Shown: positions 9,722-18,736 of the stretch, one piece after another
Numbering within the stretch: the stretch's first letter is position 1
Layout: each line of letters opens with the position of its first letter
Assembly: GCA_022545705.1 (NCBI GenBank)
Contig: JACZQN010000001.1
Coordinates: 940 to 64,939 of the forward strand
Length of the DNA: 64,000 bases
From: Nitrospirota bacterium
GTDB lineage: Bacteria > Nitrospirota > Nitrospiria > Nitrospirales > Nitrospiraceae
Reading direction: 5' to 3'
Made by a program: the position numbers and the translations under genes
The notes under the pieces: generated by a model
Told to the model about the DNA's origin: nothing
The model's input: only the letters and a program-made list of their open reading frames with translations
Databases searched by the model: none

Positions 9722-10073
9722 GACAACGAGGCTCCACGCTGGGATCTTTATCTAGCTACCCCCCCCCGGATTTCCTTAGCTTAATCATCAGCTCATTTCA
9801 AGAAACCTTGACGAAAATGACTCACTTAATTTTTCGATTTTTCAAGGAGTTTGAAATAATCTTTGAGGGATTCAAAATGAACTCCTTCTAGATGGGCGAC
9901 CCCTTGAATCTTCATTGACCAGTTTTCGCTTGACGCCCTGCCACCCGGCTGCGGCATACTCCTGTGGCTTTCGGCAATCCCCTGGTCTGCGTCCTCTGGT
10001 AAGGGCGGGCCGGCCGAACGCACATTACCGCTCGTCAAGGAGGTCCCCGCGAGGCCCTGAGGAGGGGTTGACC

Positions 10074-11306
10074 ATGGGAACGATGTCGACACGCTGCTGC
10101 ATTGTTGGCGGGGGCCCGGCCGGGATGATGCTGGGGCTGTTGTTGGCGCGCTCCGGTGTCGACGTCGTCGTGCTGGAGAAGCACGCGGACTTTCTCCGGG
10201 ATTTCCGGGGCGACACGATCCACCCCTCCACGCTCGAGCTGATGTACGAGCTCGGCATGCTGCAGGACTTCCTGAAGCTGCCGCACCAGCAAGTGCGCGA
10301 GCTCAACGTGCAGATCGGCGACCTGTCGCTGCCCGTCGCGGACTTCAGCCATTTGCCGACCCACTGCAAGTTCATCGCGTTCATGCCGCAGTGGGACTTC
10401 CTGAGCTTCCTTGCCGAGCAGGCGGCCCGCTACCCCACCTTCGACCTGCAGATGCGGGCCGAGGCGACCGAGTTGATCGAGGCGGCGGGGAGCGTGGTCG
10501 GTGTCCGTGCGGCATCCCCAAACGGCCCGCTGGAGATCCGAGCTGACCTCGTCGTCGGCGCCGATGGCCGGCACTCAGTGCTCCGCGATAAGGCTGGCTT
10601 TCATGTCCAGGAGCTAGGCGCCCCCATGGACGTCCTGTGGTTCCGCCTCTCCCGGCGGCCCGCTGATCCCGAGCAAACCATGGGTCGCTTCGGCGTTGGC
10701 CGGATCCTCGTCATGATCAACCGGGGTGAGTACTGGCAGTGCGGGTACGTCATCTCGAAGGGCTCCGTCGAGGAGAGCCGGCAGCGCGGGATCGAGACCT
10801 TCCGCGACGGAGTGGCGACACTGGCGCCGTTCGCCGCCGACCGCACAGGGGAGATCCGCGATTGGGATGACGTGAACCTGCTCACCGTCCGCGTCGATCG
10901 GCTGCTCCGGTGGTACCGGCCAGGCCTTCTGTGTATCGGGGACGCCGCCCATGCGATGTCTCCGGTCGGTGGCGTTGGCATCAACCTCGCAATCCAGGAC
11001 GCGGTCGCCGCCGCCAACCTGCTTGCGGGACCGCTGCGAGAGGGGCGGCTCACCACGGGCCACCTGCGCCGGGTGCAGCAGCGCCGCCAGCTGCCCGTGC
11101 GCGTCACCCAGTGGATCCAGGTGCTGTTCCAGCGACGGGTCATCACCCCGGTCCTGAGCGCGGCGGGCCGACTGGAGCCCCCGCTGCCGCTCCGCCTCCT
11201 CGCCCGTTTCCCCGTCCTGCGCCGCCTGCCCGCCCGGCTGATCGGCGTCGGCATCCGACCCGAGCACGTGAAGACGCCGGCCATACCCGTGGACGCCCGC
11301 GTCTGA
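10074..11306 (+). CDS. FAD-dependent monooxygenase/oxidoreductase (UbiH/PheA-type)
   Basis: Dinucleotide-binding CIVGGGPAGMMLGLLLARSG and GDAAHAMSPVGGVGINLAIQDA. GAGGAGG RBS before ATG 10074. The gene is visibly much more GC-rich than its surroundings, with long shadow ORFs in several frames. Confidence 0.85.
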   Translation: MGTMSTRCCIVGGGPAGMMLGLLLARSGVDVVVLEKHADFLRDFRGDTIHPSTLELMYELGMLQDFLKLPHQQVRELNVQIGDLSLPVADFSHLPTHCKFIAFMPQWDFLSFLAEQAARYPTFDLQMRAEATELIEAAGSVVGVRAASPNGPLEIRADLVVGADGRHSVLRDKAGFHVQELGAPMDVLWFRLSRRPADPEQTMGRFGVGRILVMINRGEYWQCGYVISKGSVEESRQRGIETFRDGVATLAPFAADRTGEIRDWDDVNLLTVRVDRLLRWYRPGLLCIGDAAHAMSPVGGVGINLAIQDAVAAANLLAGPLREGRLTTGHLRRVQQRRQLPVRVTQWIQVLFQRRVITPVLSAAGRLEPPLPLRLLARFPVLRRLPARLIGVGIRPEHVKTPAIPVDARV

Positions 11307-11599
11307 CCACGCCGGTGGGGGAGATCGGTGAGTGTGGCGTCGATGTTCGGCTGGGGGATCGGGCCGAGCGGGGCGCGGCGGCCCACCTCAAAAGGAAACT
11401 CCTATCACCGCATTAGGCATCAAAAGTACGGTCCCCTTGGTTGGGAATCAGCCGGTCGCCCACGTGGTCCGGGGAATAGTGGAGTCCCTCGAAGTTTTGT
11501 GGTTGGTGGTCCCTGCCGCTAGACCTGGAGTGAGTGAAAGGGTAAAATGCCTATCTGTAATGTAACTCATGGCCCTTACCCTCCAGGAGGTAACTCCTC

Positions 11600-12076
11600 A
11601 TGTCACTAGGAAGATCTCATTCAGCTTGGCTGTCCTTTATCCTGCCAATGGTCATTATAGTATTCCTCGCATTCCCCGGCCTTAGCCAAGCTGAGACAGA
11701 AAAATCGCTCTATGAGCGCCTTGGTGGTTATGATGCCATTTCTGCCGTTGTCGACCGGTTCCTTGAGAAGGTATGGAATGACCCGGAAATCAGCCGCTTT
11801 TTTATCGGAATGGGGACGGACACCAGGAACCAATTACGTCAAAAAAACAAAAACCTCATGTGCCACGATACGGGTGGTCCGTGCAAAATAATCAGTCGCC
11901 CATTAGAGGTCGCACATGCGGGGTTAGGGATTACGGAAAAGGAGTTCAATATTGTCGTCAATCATTTGGCCAGTACCCTGAAGGAGTTTAAGGTTCCGAA
12001 GCCGGAACACGAAGAACTCATGGCCAAGGTTCGCAAACTCAAACCATATATTGTCGAAACGAAAGCCAAGGATTGA
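11600..12076 (+). CDS. glbN: group 1 truncated haemoglobin (TrHbN-like) with N-terminal signal peptide
   Basis: SLYERLGGYDAISAVVDRF...ISRFF...GGP...EVAHAGLGIT aligns by eye with TrHbN, including the proximal His. N-terminus MSLGRSHSAWLSFILPMVIIVFLAFPGLSQA looks Sec-type. AGGAGG RBS. Confidence 0.8.
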   Translation: MSLGRSHSAWLSFILPMVIIVFLAFPGLSQAETEKSLYERLGGYDAISAVVDRFLEKVWNDPEISRFFIGMGTDTRNQLRQKNKNLMCHDTGGPCKIISRPLEVAHAGLGITEKEFNIVVNHLASTLKEFKVPKPEHEELMAKVRKLKPYIVETKAKD

Positions 12077-12357
12077 CATCAGTTCCAAACGGTCCAAGAA
12101 AGGTTCCCTCCCGTCCTCACAACGTTTATAAAGTGTGGCGGGACCATTTTTAGAATTCCCCTAGTCGCTTACCCCTAGGGTCCATCCTCTCTGCCCCGGC
12201 TAGCAGATTCCCACAAAGTCCAAACGCGCTTCCTATTAAGCAGCTGCCCCGATAGCACAAACAACTCAACAGCTTGAAAGACATTCCTATGCCGTCAACG
12301 AGTAGATCCCCTCGTTTTTTCAGGATTCACATCTGCCCGAATCGATCGAGTTTGCTG

Positions 12358-12574
12358 CTAGCCCACATTATTCATGAACACTTCTGCTGCAATCGCGGAT
12401 TCGCGGCTGCGACCAGCCTGCATGCGGCTACTGCTGCATGCAGGCGGGCGGGCTCGCCACTCAGTCCCTCAACGTACTGTTCAAGTACGTCTCGGTCCTT
12501 CGCGGCTGCACGCGTCCGTCTCGCTGCGCGACTCCGCGATTTCGCGACGAACCGTCATGAATAATGTGGGCTAG
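12358..12574. mobile_element. MITE-like 217-bp palindromic element with perfect 20-bp terminal inverted repeats
   Basis: CTAGCCCACATTATTCATGA (12358-12377) is the exact reverse complement of 12555-12574. Internal sub-hairpin CCTGCATGC (12417-12425)/GCATGCAGG (12436-12444) plus further imperfect arm pairing. No transposase. Confidence 0.45.
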
Positions 12575-12794
12575 GTTCTTTCAGGGTGGTTGGGTTGAGG
12601 GGTGGAAAAAAGACGTGGCTACATTTCTTGTAAGATTTCCCACGTCCAGACGACAAGTAAACGGGGAGGTACTGTACGCCAACTGACAGAATTCTGCCGA
12701 TTTTTTGACGACCCCCTGGAAAAGTATTGACGGAGCGGAGTCGGAATTGTTACATGGAGGTATCTCGATAACTTTATCTCACTGAGGAGAGCCC

Positions 12795-13982
12795 ATGCTG
12801 GACGAGACGATCACGCAAAACGTAAGCGAGCGATATGCCAGAGCGGCCGCGACCGGCGAGCAGATGTGCTGCCCTGCCGGCTACAACTTCGAAGACCTCA
12901 TGAGCTTCGTTCCTGAGGAGGTGCTCAGAATTTCATATGGCTGTGGCACTCCTGTCGGCCTGGAGAGCATCAGAGCGGGCGAGACCGTGCTGGATATCGG
13001 GTCCGGGGGCGGGATCGACTGTTTCGAGGCCTCGCGTCGAGTCGGTCCCAGCGGCCGGGTGATCGGGATTGACATGACGGATACCATGCTGACGATTGCG
13101 CGCAGAAATGCTCCCGTGGTCGCGGCCAATCTCGGCTATCATGAGTCCAATGTGGAGTTTCGCAAGGGCATGGCTCATGCGATGCCGGTGGAAGACCACA
13201 GTGTGGATCTGATCGTCTCCAACTGTGTCATCAACCTGGCACCGGATAAGCGGAAAGTCTTTCGGGAGATGTACCGGGTTCTCAAGCCTGGTGGGCGCTT
13301 CTCGATCTCAGATATCGTGTCGGACCGACCTGTCCCCAATTACCTCATCCATGACACCGAAAAATGGGGAGATTGCTTGTCCGGCGCGCTGCAGGTGGGT
13401 GAGTATGCGCATGGGTTGGTGGCAGCCGGATTCCTTGGCATCCGACAGGTCCACTACATCCCGTGGCGGGTGATTGACGACATCCATTTCCTTTCGGTCA
13501 CCTTGGCCGGTTACAAGCTGCCGCGACCGACCGCGTCAAACGGGGTCCGATTTGCCACGCTGCGGGGACCGTTCAGTTGGGTCACGGATGAACTGGGCCA
13601 GTCCTACAGGCGCGGGGTCCCGGAGCCGGTCACTCCCCGCACAGCACAGTTGCTGAAGACGCCGTCGCTTGAATCGCTCTTTCTCCTGTCCGAGAATCCC
13701 CTCCCCCTCGAACCGTCTGACCCAAGGTGGCTCGCGATCCTGCCGGCGCAGGCGCCTTGTGTGTGGAAGGGAGATTACGCCATTTTCACCGGGCCGTGTG
13801 CCGAAGTGGCAGACGACGATACCCACGTCTTTCAGCGCGGAAAGCCGCTGGAAATCTGTTCCAAGACCCTCGCGGTGCTGTCAGCCGACGCCTATAGCCC
13901 CCACTTCGCCATGATCAACCGAGCCACCCAGTCAGGCACAGGCGCGTCCGTGTCGTGCGACCCCGGGGGATCCTGCTGCTAA
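12795..13982 (+). CDS. arsM: arsenite S-adenosylmethionine methyltransferase ArsM (with about 100-aa C-terminal extension)
   Basis: ArsM-type N-terminus ERYARAAATGEQMCCPAGY...ISYGCGTP, SAM motif VLDIGSGGGIDCF, and further conserved Cys in SNCVINL and GDCLSGA. Cys-rich tail SCDPGGSCC. GAGGAGA RBS. Confidence 0.85.
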   Translation: MLDETITQNVSERYARAAATGEQMCCPAGYNFEDLMSFVPEEVLRISYGCGTPVGLESIRAGETVLDIGSGGGIDCFEASRRVGPSGRVIGIDMTDTMLTIARRNAPVVAANLGYHESNVEFRKGMAHAMPVEDHSVDLIVSNCVINLAPDKRKVFREMYRVLKPGGRFSISDIVSDRPVPNYLIHDTEKWGDCLSGALQVGEYAHGLVAAGFLGIRQVHYIPWRVIDDIHFLSVTLAGYKLPRPTASNGVRFATLRGPFSWVTDELGQSYRRGVPEPVTPRTAQLLKTPSLESLFLLSENPLPLEPSDPRWLAILPAQAPCVWKGDYAIFTGPCAEVADDDTHVFQRGKPLEICSKTLAVLSADAYSPHFAMINRATQSGTGASVSCDPGGSCC

Positions 13983-14006
13983 GCTAAGCAAGGCCACGCC
14001 ACGCCC

Positions 14007-14348
14007 ATGCCCAAGCGGAATCTCACATCCCGACAGTGCGCGGACGTGCTGCGCGCCATCGCGGACGAAACACGCCTTCTGATCATCGAATCGCTGCTGG
14101 CGCGCGAGAAATGCGTGAGTGCCCTGGTTCAGGAGACTCGGCGCCGGCAACCGCACGTGTCCCACCACCTGCGCATCCTGAGAGACGCGGGGCTGGTTGA
14201 GGGACTGAGGGATGGGAAGCGAATTTGTTATCGAGTCTCACCGAGGCTCCAGCGTGCTCTCAAACAGAGCCGTCGTCGGGCTCTTGACCTGGGGTGCTGT
14301 CTGATCAGTTTTCCGCAATCCATATTGAATCCTGCCTCACGGGAATAA
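14007..14348 (+). CDS. arsR: ArsR/SmtB-family metalloregulatory transcriptional repressor
   Basis: Winged-helix core LRAIADETRLLIIESLL...CVSALV...QPHVSHHLRILRDAGLV, embedded in the ars cluster. Confidence 0.85.
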   Translation: MPKRNLTSRQCADVLRAIADETRLLIIESLLAREKCVSALVQETRRRQPHVSHHLRILRDAGLVEGLRDGKRICYRVSPRLQRALKQSRRRALDLGCCLISFPQSILNPASRE

Positions 14349-14357
14349 GGCAAAGAG

Positions 14358-15410
14358 ATGCCCAGGGCGATAAGTTTACTGGCTCGGAACAGCCCGCTGG
14401 TCTCCACACAGGAGCAGCGTCACATTCTCGCTCAGACATCGTCTACCCCGCCGTTCGAGTCGCGTCTGCTTGAGGCTGGGCTGTCTCCGCTCAACGCCAC
14501 CGGCATTACCGTCTTTCAAGTCAATGTCGGGAAGTTGTGCAACCAGACGTGCCGGCATTGCCATGTGGACGCGGGCCCGGACCGGAAGGAGAGTATGACG
14601 CGCGACACCGCTGAAGCCTGTATCCGAGTCCTGAGCCAGACCGATATTCCGACCGTGGACATCACCGGCGGCGCGCCTGAGCTGAACCCCCAGTTCCGCT
14701 GGATCGTTGAACAAGCGCGAGGGCTCGGCCGCCATGTCATAGACCGCTGCAATTTGAGCGTGTTGCTCCTGCCCGCGCAAGCTGATCTCGCTGAGTTTCT
14801 GGCCCACCATCAAGTTGAGGTCATCGCCTCGCTTCCGTCTTACCGATCATCCCAAACGGACGCGCAGCGTGGGGATGGCGTGTTTGACAAATCGATCCGC
14901 GCGCTTCAGCTCCTGAACGAGCTGGGCTATGGGATTGAGGGGACGGGCTTGCTCCTCAACCTGGTGTATAACCCGGTCGGCGCATTCCTCCCGCCCAAGC
15001 AAGAGGCGATCGAAGCCCAGTTCCGGCGCGAGCTCGCTCGCCATCATGGCGTGGTCTTTAACCATCTGTATACGATTACGAATATGCCGATCAGCCGCTT
15101 TCTGGAGTTCCTCATCGAAAGCGGGAACTACGAAGGCTATATGGAGCGGCTTGTCAACGCCTTCAACCCCACGGCGGCTGCCGGCGTGATGTGCCGTTAC
15201 ACCCTCTCGGTGGGCTGGGACGGTACGTTATATGACTGCGATTTCAACCAGATGTTAGACCTGCCGGTCGAGCACGGGGCGCCGCGCCACATCAGCAAGG
15301 TGGACGTGGCTCAGTTGGCTGCCCTGCATCACCGCCGCATTGTCATGGGTAACCATTGCTACGGCTGTACCGCCGGCGCCGGTTCCTCCTGCGGTGGCAC
15401 GGTCACCTGA
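14358..15410 (+). CDS. arsS: arsenosugar-biosynthesis-type radical SAM protein ArsS (Cys form)
   Basis: Radical SAM CNQTCRHCHV cluster motif. Diagnostic C-terminal Cys-rich tail GNHCYGCTAGAGSSCGG; in some homologues the last Cys is selenocysteine, but here the codon is TGC. Confidence 0.85.
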   Translation: MPRAISLLARNSPLVSTQEQRHILAQTSSTPPFESRLLEAGLSPLNATGITVFQVNVGKLCNQTCRHCHVDAGPDRKESMTRDTAEACIRVLSQTDIPTVDITGGAPELNPQFRWIVEQARGLGRHVIDRCNLSVLLLPAQADLAEFLAHHQVEVIASLPSYRSSQTDAQRGDGVFDKSIRALQLLNELGYGIEGTGLLLNLVYNPVGAFLPPKQEAIEAQFRRELARHHGVVFNHLYTITNMPISRFLEFLIESGNYEGYMERLVNAFNPTAAAGVMCRYTLSVGWDGTLYDCDFNQMLDLPVEHGAPRHISKVDVAQLAALHHRRIVMGNHCYGCTAGAGSSCGGTVT

Positions 15411-15412
15411 CG

Positions 15413-16546
15413 ATGGATATGACGCTGATCACCCTGTTCCTCGTCGCGGCCTTGGCATTCGCCAATGGCACGAACGACGTGTCCAAGACGATTGCGACCT
15501 TGGTCGGGAGTGGAGTGACCAATTATCGGACAGCGTTCATGTGGGGTACCGCCTGGACGGTGGTGGGCGCATGCGCCTCCGCGTCCCTCGCCACAGCGAT
15601 GGTGAAGACCTTCAGCACAGGACTGATCCAACCGGGTCTGGCGATCCACCCGGAAGTGGGCCTGAGCGTCTTGGCTGGTTCGACGCTCTGGGTACTCCTG
15701 GCATCGCGAACCGGCCTCCCTGTCTCCACCACGCACGCGCTCACCGGCGCCATTGTGGGCGCGGGGCTGATGGCGTTCGGCAGCTCCGGTCTCCTGTGGT
15801 CAGCCATTGCGAGCAAGATCGCGCTCCCGTTGCTCGTGAGCCCAATTCTGGCTCTGATCGTGGCGGCTCTCATTCACCCGGTGATCCAAACAATGTCGGG
15901 CCGCTGGGAGGGAACCTGCGTGTGCCTGATGCCGACTTACCGCGCGGTGGTCACAGTGGATCCGCATGGCCTGACACGCACGCTGTTTCAGGCGAGCGGG
16001 TTTCGTCAGCCTGTCGCTGACGTCCCAGCCCAATGCGACCGCGCGGGCCTCCGCGGGCTGTCCATCGGCCCCGACACGCTGCATTGGATCTCAAGCGGGC
16101 TGGCCTCCTTTGCTCGGGGGATGAATGATGCGCCCAAGATCGTGGCGCTTCTCCTCCTGGGCGGGATGGCGGCGTCAACGACCGGCTGGAATCTCCAAGA
16201 CACAGCATTTACAGCGGTGGCACTGGCCATGGGCCTCGGGAGTCTCATTGGTGGCTTCCGAGTCACCAAGGTCCTGGCCGAGAAGGTCACACAGATGGAC
16301 CACTCCGAGGGCCTCTCCGCGAACCTCACCACTTCGTCCCTGGTGATGGTCTCCGCCACAATGGGACTCCCCGTCTCGACGACCCACGTGAGTAGCTCCT
16401 CCATCATCGGCATCGGCTTGCTCAAAGGCTTTGGCAACGTCCGTTGGTCAACGGTCCAAGACATGGTGCTCGCCTGGATTGTGACATTGCCCGCCACGGG
16501 CATTCTGGCCTCTCTGGTGTACCTCGCGCTGACTGGCTCCATCTGA
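15413..16546 (+). CDS. PiT-family inorganic phosphate (possibly arsenate) transporter
   Basis: Duplicated PiT signature ANGTNDVSKTIATLVGSG / RGMNDAPKIVALLL, multiple TM segments. ATG lies 2 nt after the arsS stop. Confidence 0.85.
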   Translation: MDMTLITLFLVAALAFANGTNDVSKTIATLVGSGVTNYRTAFMWGTAWTVVGACASASLATAMVKTFSTGLIQPGLAIHPEVGLSVLAGSTLWVLLASRTGLPVSTTHALTGAIVGAGLMAFGSSGLLWSAIASKIALPLLVSPILALIVAALIHPVIQTMSGRWEGTCVCLMPTYRAVVTVDPHGLTRTLFQASGFRQPVADVPAQCDRAGLRGLSIGPDTLHWISSGLASFARGMNDAPKIVALLLLGGMAASTTGWNLQDTAFTAVALAMGLGSLIGGFRVTKVLAEKVTQMDHSEGLSANLTTSSLVMVSATMGLPVSTTHVSSSSIIGIGLLKGFGNVRWSTVQDMVLAWIVTLPATGILASLVYLALTGSI

Positions 16547-16579
16547 GCACGGGACCCCCCCAGCCTCTCGCGGTGCCCA

Positions 16580-18652
16580 TCACTGGACCAGGCTGATCCC
16601 GCCGGTCACCAGCAAGGGTGCTCCCAGGGTCTTGATCGCCCCGGTCTGCGTGACGATGTACGCTCGATCAGTCAAGTTTTCGGCATCCAGAAACAGCTCC
16701 AAGGATGGGGCGATTCGCTTCCGGAGCGAGGCATCAAGAAGCACAAAGTCCGCGATAGGCTGCGTATTCGAAACATCAGCATACTGCCGTGAGAGATACC
16801 TGCCGAATACTGATACTTGTCCCGAATCCAGATCCCCGAGAGTCACGCCCAGAACAAGTTGGTGCCGCGAGACGTTCGGAATCCGTTTCCCCTCGCGCGC
16901 TTTGTCGCCCCTGAAGCTCTTGATCGCCGAGTCGGCGTACCCGTAGCCCGCGGTCAGCGCCAGAATTTCCACAGGCCTGAACTTCAAGTCCACCTCTGCC
17001 CCGAGCGTGCGGCTCCGCCCGACATTCTGACGCCGCGAAAGTACCGAGCTTTCGGAGATGAACAGGATTTGATCTTTGACCTCGGTGTAATGCCCGGTCA
17101 CGCGCAGGTTCAGGCGACGATCCGGCAGGAGCTCGACCTCGATCTTGGCCTCCCCGCCGGTGAGCCGCTCAGGGGACAGATTTTCGTTCGCGGAAAAGGT
17201 GAACCCGCCAAAGCTGAAATCCCTGTACAGTTCGTTCAACGTGGGGGCTCGAAACGCCTGATAGATAGAGGCACCGATCTGGAGATGCTCCGTGATCCGG
17301 TATTGCATCGCCAGCTTGGGATTCAGCACACTGACGACGTTATCGCGGAGCCTCCTGGTTCCCCCCGCACTGGTCGTCACCACCCCATCGAAGTTTTTCC
17401 ACCAGTCCCACCGTACACTTGGGATCACCGTCAACCGATCGGTCGGGGCCGCAATCCATTCTCCAAACACACCCCACCCCACCTGCTTCCCTTTTGCTAG
17501 GCTCGACCCCGACCGAACGCCAGAGGTATCAAAGAGTTCTTCATCCGATTGCCCTATGATCGCGCGCGCATCCGTGCCGAGAATCAAACGGTGTCGAGGA
17601 GTGAGCGTCACGGTCCATTGGCCAAGGCCTCCGAAATCGTCATGCGTGATGGTTTGGATCCGATCCCGGTTCTCCCCGATCCTCACTGTGGGTTCCGAAG
17701 TCACTTGTGAGGTCAGATTCCTGAACGTTTGCAACTGCGCAAAGAGCTTCGTTTCCCAGCGATGACCTTGGGTGGTCTCCCCTTCAAGCCCGACCGCGGC
17801 GCTCCCCAGCGTTCGGGACGCGAGGCTGAGCGCTGTTCCAAAGGTACGGTCCTCCCGGAAAAGACCCCCGGAGATTGTCAGCCTCGTGTTGCCGTTCAAG
17901 GCGAAGGCCAATCTGCCAGTGAAATTCTGGTGTCGAGAGTCGTTCGTGCGGTCCACGGGCCCACGCTGCTCGACCGGGACAGTCACAAACCCGTTCGTGT
18001 GGTACCAGCGGTATCCAAGTTTGAGATCGATCCGGTCAGTGCCATACCCGGCCATCACTGATTGGGTGTACGTATTCAGGTTGCCGGCACTGTGCCGTGA
18101 CCGAAACCGGGGCTCAAATGCTGGCGGGTCGGTGAAGATCTGAATCACGCCACCCATGGCCCAGGTTCCGTAGAGATTCGACCCTCCACCTGGCACAACT
18201 TCGATTCGAGCGACATCATCAGGAATTCTGCCCCAGTTGATCCACCCACCAAACCCATCATTGAGCGGGACCCCATCCAGCAGGACGAGCGCCCGACGAC
18301 TGCCCAACCCCCGGACACTGATGGCCTGCGCGGTCGGATGGTTAAACCGACTCCCGAGGTTGCTGGGCTGCAACCCCGGGACATATCTGAGCAAATCATC
18401 AACCTGATGCCCGCCTCGAAACGGGGTCCGAGCAATCTGCTCGGCATCGAGGACGGTCGGCGAGCCAGGCACTCGGCCGAACGGCTGGTGCGTCCGCGTG
18501 GCTGTGACCACGATTTCTTCGCTCGTCAGCGGAGCGTGCGTGGCGGGGGCCGGCGACACCGCAGGCTCGGCCTCCGTGGCCCAGGCGTCCGCCGTTCCTA
18601 ACGCCACCCCAACGCCCAAGCTCCAGCAGCCCAAAAGTAACAGGAACCGCAT
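16580..18652 (-). CDS. TonB-dependent outer-membrane receptor
   Basis: Signal peptide MRFLLLLGCWSLGVGVALGTADAWA, plug region EEIVVTATR...LLRYVPGL, and a long beta-barrel. The ORF-track 105-codon N-terminal extension is rejected because it runs through the repeat element. Confidence 0.88.
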   Translation of the reverse strand: MRFLLLLGCWSLGVGVALGTADAWATEAEPAVSPAPATHAPLTSEEIVVTATRTHQPFGRVPGSPTVLDAEQIARTPFRGGHQVDDLLRYVPGLQPSNLGSRFNHPTAQAISVRGLGSRRALVLLDGVPLNDGFGGWINWGRIPDDVARIEVVPGGGSNLYGTWAMGGVIQIFTDPPAFEPRFRSRHSAGNLNTYTQSVMAGYGTDRIDLKLGYRWYHTNGFVTVPVEQRGPVDRTNDSRHQNFTGRLAFALNGNTRLTISGGLFREDRTFGTALSLASRTLGSAAVGLEGETTQGHRWETKLFAQLQTFRNLTSQVTSEPTVRIGENRDRIQTITHDDFGGLGQWTVTLTPRHRLILGTDARAIIGQSDEELFDTSGVRSGSSLAKGKQVGWGVFGEWIAAPTDRLTVIPSVRWDWWKNFDGVVTTSAGGTRRLRDNVVSVLNPKLAMQYRITEHLQIGASIYQAFRAPTLNELYRDFSFGGFTFSANENLSPERLTGGEAKIEVELLPDRRLNLRVTGHYTEVKDQILFISESSVLSRRQNVGRSRTLGAEVDLKFRPVEILALTAGYGYADSAIKSFRGDKAREGKRIPNVSRHQLVLGVTLGDLDSGQVSVFGRYLSRQYADVSNTQPIADFVLLDASLRKRIAPSLELFLDAENLTDRAYIVTQTGAIKTLGAPLLVTGGISLVQ

Positions 18653-18736
18653 GGACCCCGGGTGTCTCCTTCTCTCCGCTCTCGCCTGTGGCCGGAGGCG
18701 AGCTGCTCGCAACGACCTACTTGCCATAATCATCCA

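Noticed and set aside
10601-11416. Long ORFs (261, 217, 168 and 82 aa) overlapping the flavin monooxygenase on both strands
   Set aside because: They are shadow ORFs created by very high GC content. Their translations are Arg/Pro/Gly/Ala-rich low complexity, and the monooxygenase frame alone has family motifs.
12274-12574. 96-aa and 66-aa ORFs
   Set aside because: They lie inside the palindromic MITE-like element. Both frames read Ala/Arg/Ser-rich repeats that mirror the inverted-repeat structure.
15370-15410. Selenocysteine recoding in ArsS
   Set aside because: Some ArsS homologues have Sec in the GAGSS-U-GG tail. Here the codon is TGC (Cys) and the frame has no in-frame TGA.
15340-16020. 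226-aa ORF in an alternative frame over the arsS/PiT junction
   Set aside because: It overlaps the PiT frame, which carries the duplicated PiT signature. Its translation is Gly/Arg/Pro-rich.
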